A stretch of 63,661 nucleotides of DNA, filler included, from Octopus bimaculoides (taxonomy: Eukaryota): assembly GCF_001194135.2 (NCBI RefSeq). It is 6 parts of 5 records of this genome, joined end to end, with 100 filler letters (N's around TTAATTAATTAA, not from the genome) between each part and the next. Parts side by side here need not be neighbours in the genome. Positions count along the whole stretch, not along the records: positions 60,428 to 62,439 come from NC_068988.1; positions 62,540 to 63,661 come from NW_026338742.1; 4 more parts are not named here. One strand, given 5' to 3'. This document shows, piece by piece, positions 61,000-63,661 of the stretch (its first letter is position 1; each line of letters starts with the position of its first letter). The position numbers and the translations under genes were made by a program. The notes under the pieces are model-generated. The model ran no database searches, was not told the DNA's origin, and saw only the letters and a program-made list of their open reading frames with translations.

Positions 61000-61850
61000 T
61001 CTCGAACTGGGTGGCGTTTACCCACAATACAACATCTCCAAGATACTAATCTCAATACACTTCATGAAAAGCACAGCCTTCAACCAATTCTACCTTCCAA
61101 AATGTGGGTCGAGCCATTTGGCTTCTTGCCAAAACATTTTCACCAGCCTTGAAGAATTCTCAGAGAAACGATAATCCTGAGATCATTATTTCCCAGGAAA
61201 TTTCTCCACCTTCGCAGTCAATTCTACTCGGAACATCCGATGCAAGCCTCCAATTCTACTATATTTTACCATTTCCGGTCGTATACGTACATAAACACTT
61301 GCTAAATGTGAACGTGTATTTGGTCACTTCACTTCGTTGCAAGTATGTCTCTTTGATTACTCACACACGCAGTCTCTACTTACACAAATTTTTTCAACCT
61401 CTGCCTCTATGCAGGAAAATATGATACAATTTTTCCCATTCCCAAGAAAAGTGACCTCTTCTATCCTGTCAACTATCGGCCTACCCAGACTCACGTCTAA
61501 CATCTCTGAAGTAAAAGAGGCATCTGTTAACCATGACGGTCTGCAACAACTTTAAACGCTCCCCCCCTATCTCTATCTCTACTTTAATTACCCTCAGTAC
61601 GGTCACCATAAATGCATGGGTGTACTCTAACCTTTGGAGAAATTTATTGAAAGCAATGTTGTCATCCTCGACATCAGCAAAGCTTCCGAATGCGACTGAC
61701 GTGGGAATCTCCCACCAGATATGTCCGCAGATTCCTTCCCTTCGATTGGTATTTTCTAATAAAGTCGCGCTTATCACAAATACTGCCTTGTTTAATTCAT
61801 TAAATAAGATCCATCCCAACCGGTTTCAGCTCTCATCCAGATATTGATGC
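61000..61850 (+). mobile_element. Highly degenerate Jockey/CR1-group LINE RT remnant
   Basis: FPIPKKSDLFYPVNYRPT (PIPKK..NYRP motif) and VVILDISKAS (LDISKAF motif) in shifting frames. Confidence 0.7.
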
Positions 61851-62439
61851 CGCATGAGTATTGTACATATTAAATTATTTCCATACAAGCACTTTTCCAA
61901 CTTCCTAATAAATAACATATCGCTATTTCTCCCTACATCTCAATACTTGTATTGCTTAAAGTATTCAGATTCCACTTTTTAGCTAATTCCTTCAATAAAA
62001 AGTATCCCCACAAAACTTATTTGTCTCTATTCCAATAAAATATTTTTAAACAATTTATTCTTCGTAAGTCCCTTATACATTTTCATTTAACCAAATTCAT
62101 TTCTTTCAAAATCGTGTCTAAAGAAACGTATAAAGAGTACAACGTTTTAAAATCACTTATGTTACAAACTGTCTACTTGAGACACAGCTTGCACTAGTTA
62201 ATAACTTTTTACAACTAATTAAATGTATTGATCAGTTTTCAAATATCATCCTAACAATTACTCTGTGTGACTACTTCCCAAATTATTGCAGAAACGCTTT
62301 CAACAAATAAACCCCCAACCCATTTGCTTTTCGTACAACCATTTGTCTCTCTTATTGTTCGCCTCCTTCCTAGCGTTCATTACAGAAAACGAACCCAATA
62401 CACGCAAGCAAGCATAAACATGCAATATATATATATATA

Positions 62440-62539
62440 NNNNNNNNNNNNNNNNNNNNNNNNNNNNNNNNNNNNNNNNNNNNTTAATTAATTAANNNNN
62501 NNNNNNNNNNNNNNNNNNNNNNNNNNNNNNNNNNNNNNN
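62440..62539. other. Artificial scaffold-join pad
   Basis: N44-TTAATTAATTAA-N44. Confidence 0.95.
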
Positions 62540-62838
62540 TACATATACATAAATATATATACATACACAAACACATATACAAACGCATATACATAGATAT
62601 ACACGTACACACATATATATATATATACACATATACATATATATACATATATACATACACATATATACATATATACACACATGTATACATACACACACCC
62701 ATACATACACATGCATATATATACACATGTACACATATATACACACAAACACACGCTCATACACATATATATATACACATACGCACACTCTCATAGCCAT
62801 GCAGCAAACCTAATTCAAGTAAAATATATTAATATTTC

Positions 62839-63100
62839 CTATTCATAGAACGCAAAAGTATGTCTATTCATATGCAGGCATCTGAAAGCCTTAAATGTAA
62901 TTTTATTAATTAAGTCACCCTTGGAAAAAAGTATGAAAAATAACTCCAAGTTACATAAAGAACAGCTATCTCTACCCTTGTCGTATGGAAACGACTTACC
63001 TATTATCAACCATTCAAGAGAGTAATCTCTATTCTCATCTTTCAATTGCCAAATTAAACTACTGAGCGCCGTACTATTTTGTTTATTCCTATCCTTTTTT
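62839..63100 (-). mobile_element. Penelope-like element GIY-YIG endonuclease C-terminal remnant
   Basis: NSTALSSLIWQLKDEN..EWLII.KS.PY..CSLCNLE..LINK..CLH matches the PLE endonuclease tail pattern (ST.LS..IW.LK..C.LC..E..N..C.H). Confidence 0.8.
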
Positions 63101-63491
63101 TTATATATATATATACTTATTTGTAGTCACTGTATTTGTGTATCATAATTTTATTTGGGGATTTTTTCAGTGATGACCGGTTTGTTCGTTTACATTCTGC
63201 GCTAAGGTAAATACCTAAATGTTTTTTTCTACGGTATGAATTTTGTATTTATTTTGATGTTTATAACTCCAACGTTCTTTTTTGAAATCTACAGCACCCT
63301 GGATTGGTCAACAACTGAACTTCTTCGTATACCATCATTATTTTTTAATTAATTTACCATTTGCTTGATCTCTACACCTTTAGGATGAACGGTTGTATAT
63401 CATCTCATACGTTTTCATCCTGTTTAGCATATTTTCATGGGTCAACTATGAAAATTGGATTTGAATGTTTTCTATTTTTATTGTCTGCATA

Positions 63492-63507
63492 TTACTACTA
63501 CTACTAC

Positions 63508-63561
<54 letters not shown>

Positions 63562-63570
63562 TAATAATAA
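63492..63570. repeat. (CTA)/(TAA)n microsatellite
   Basis: Direct read. Confidence 0.95.
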
Positions 63571-63661
63571 GGCTCCGATGAGATGTAGTATCCCATATTT
63601 TATAATATTTTATATTTTATAATATGCATGAATTGTTCTGGATATTGCATCGAAATGTTCA

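Noticed and set aside
61481-61819. 112-aa minus-strand ORF as a host gene
   Set aside because: It is the antisense of the degenerate LINE RT on the plus strand.

Overview
AT-rich, microsatellite-dense eukaryotic DNA with many N gaps. The SINE families and SSR density suggest an octopod cephalopod such as Octopus (my inference, no database search). Five identical 100-bp pads (N44-TTAATTAATTAA-N44) show the window is six separately assembled pieces, so adjacency across pads is not biological evidence. I found no intact host gene, rRNA, true tRNA or CRISPR, and nearly all long ORFs in the track are SSR or N artefacts. The recognisable content is transposon debris: at least four SINE-like families; RTE, CR1, Jockey/CR1-like and R4/Dong-like LINE fragments; Penelope-like pieces; a Gypsy gag-pol fragment; two Tc1 copies; a mariner deletion derivative; a pogo transposase remnant; and several MITEs. 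I cannot support a new biological system with confidence. Best leads: (1) a type-I hammerhead-like motif in a Penelope-type terminal repeat at 18.2 kb; (2) a near-perfect hairpin with 69-bp arms at 56.8 kb; (3) a CpG-rich NRF1-ETS-NRF1/TATA/Inr module, probably an LTR, abutting the start of a dead pogo ORF at 55.3 kb; (4) a ~22-kb CpG-depleted domain with exon-like signals that may be a methylated gene body; (5) a bipartite non-autonomous RTE at 34.4 kb. All translations and counts were done by eye, and repeat boundaries are approximate.
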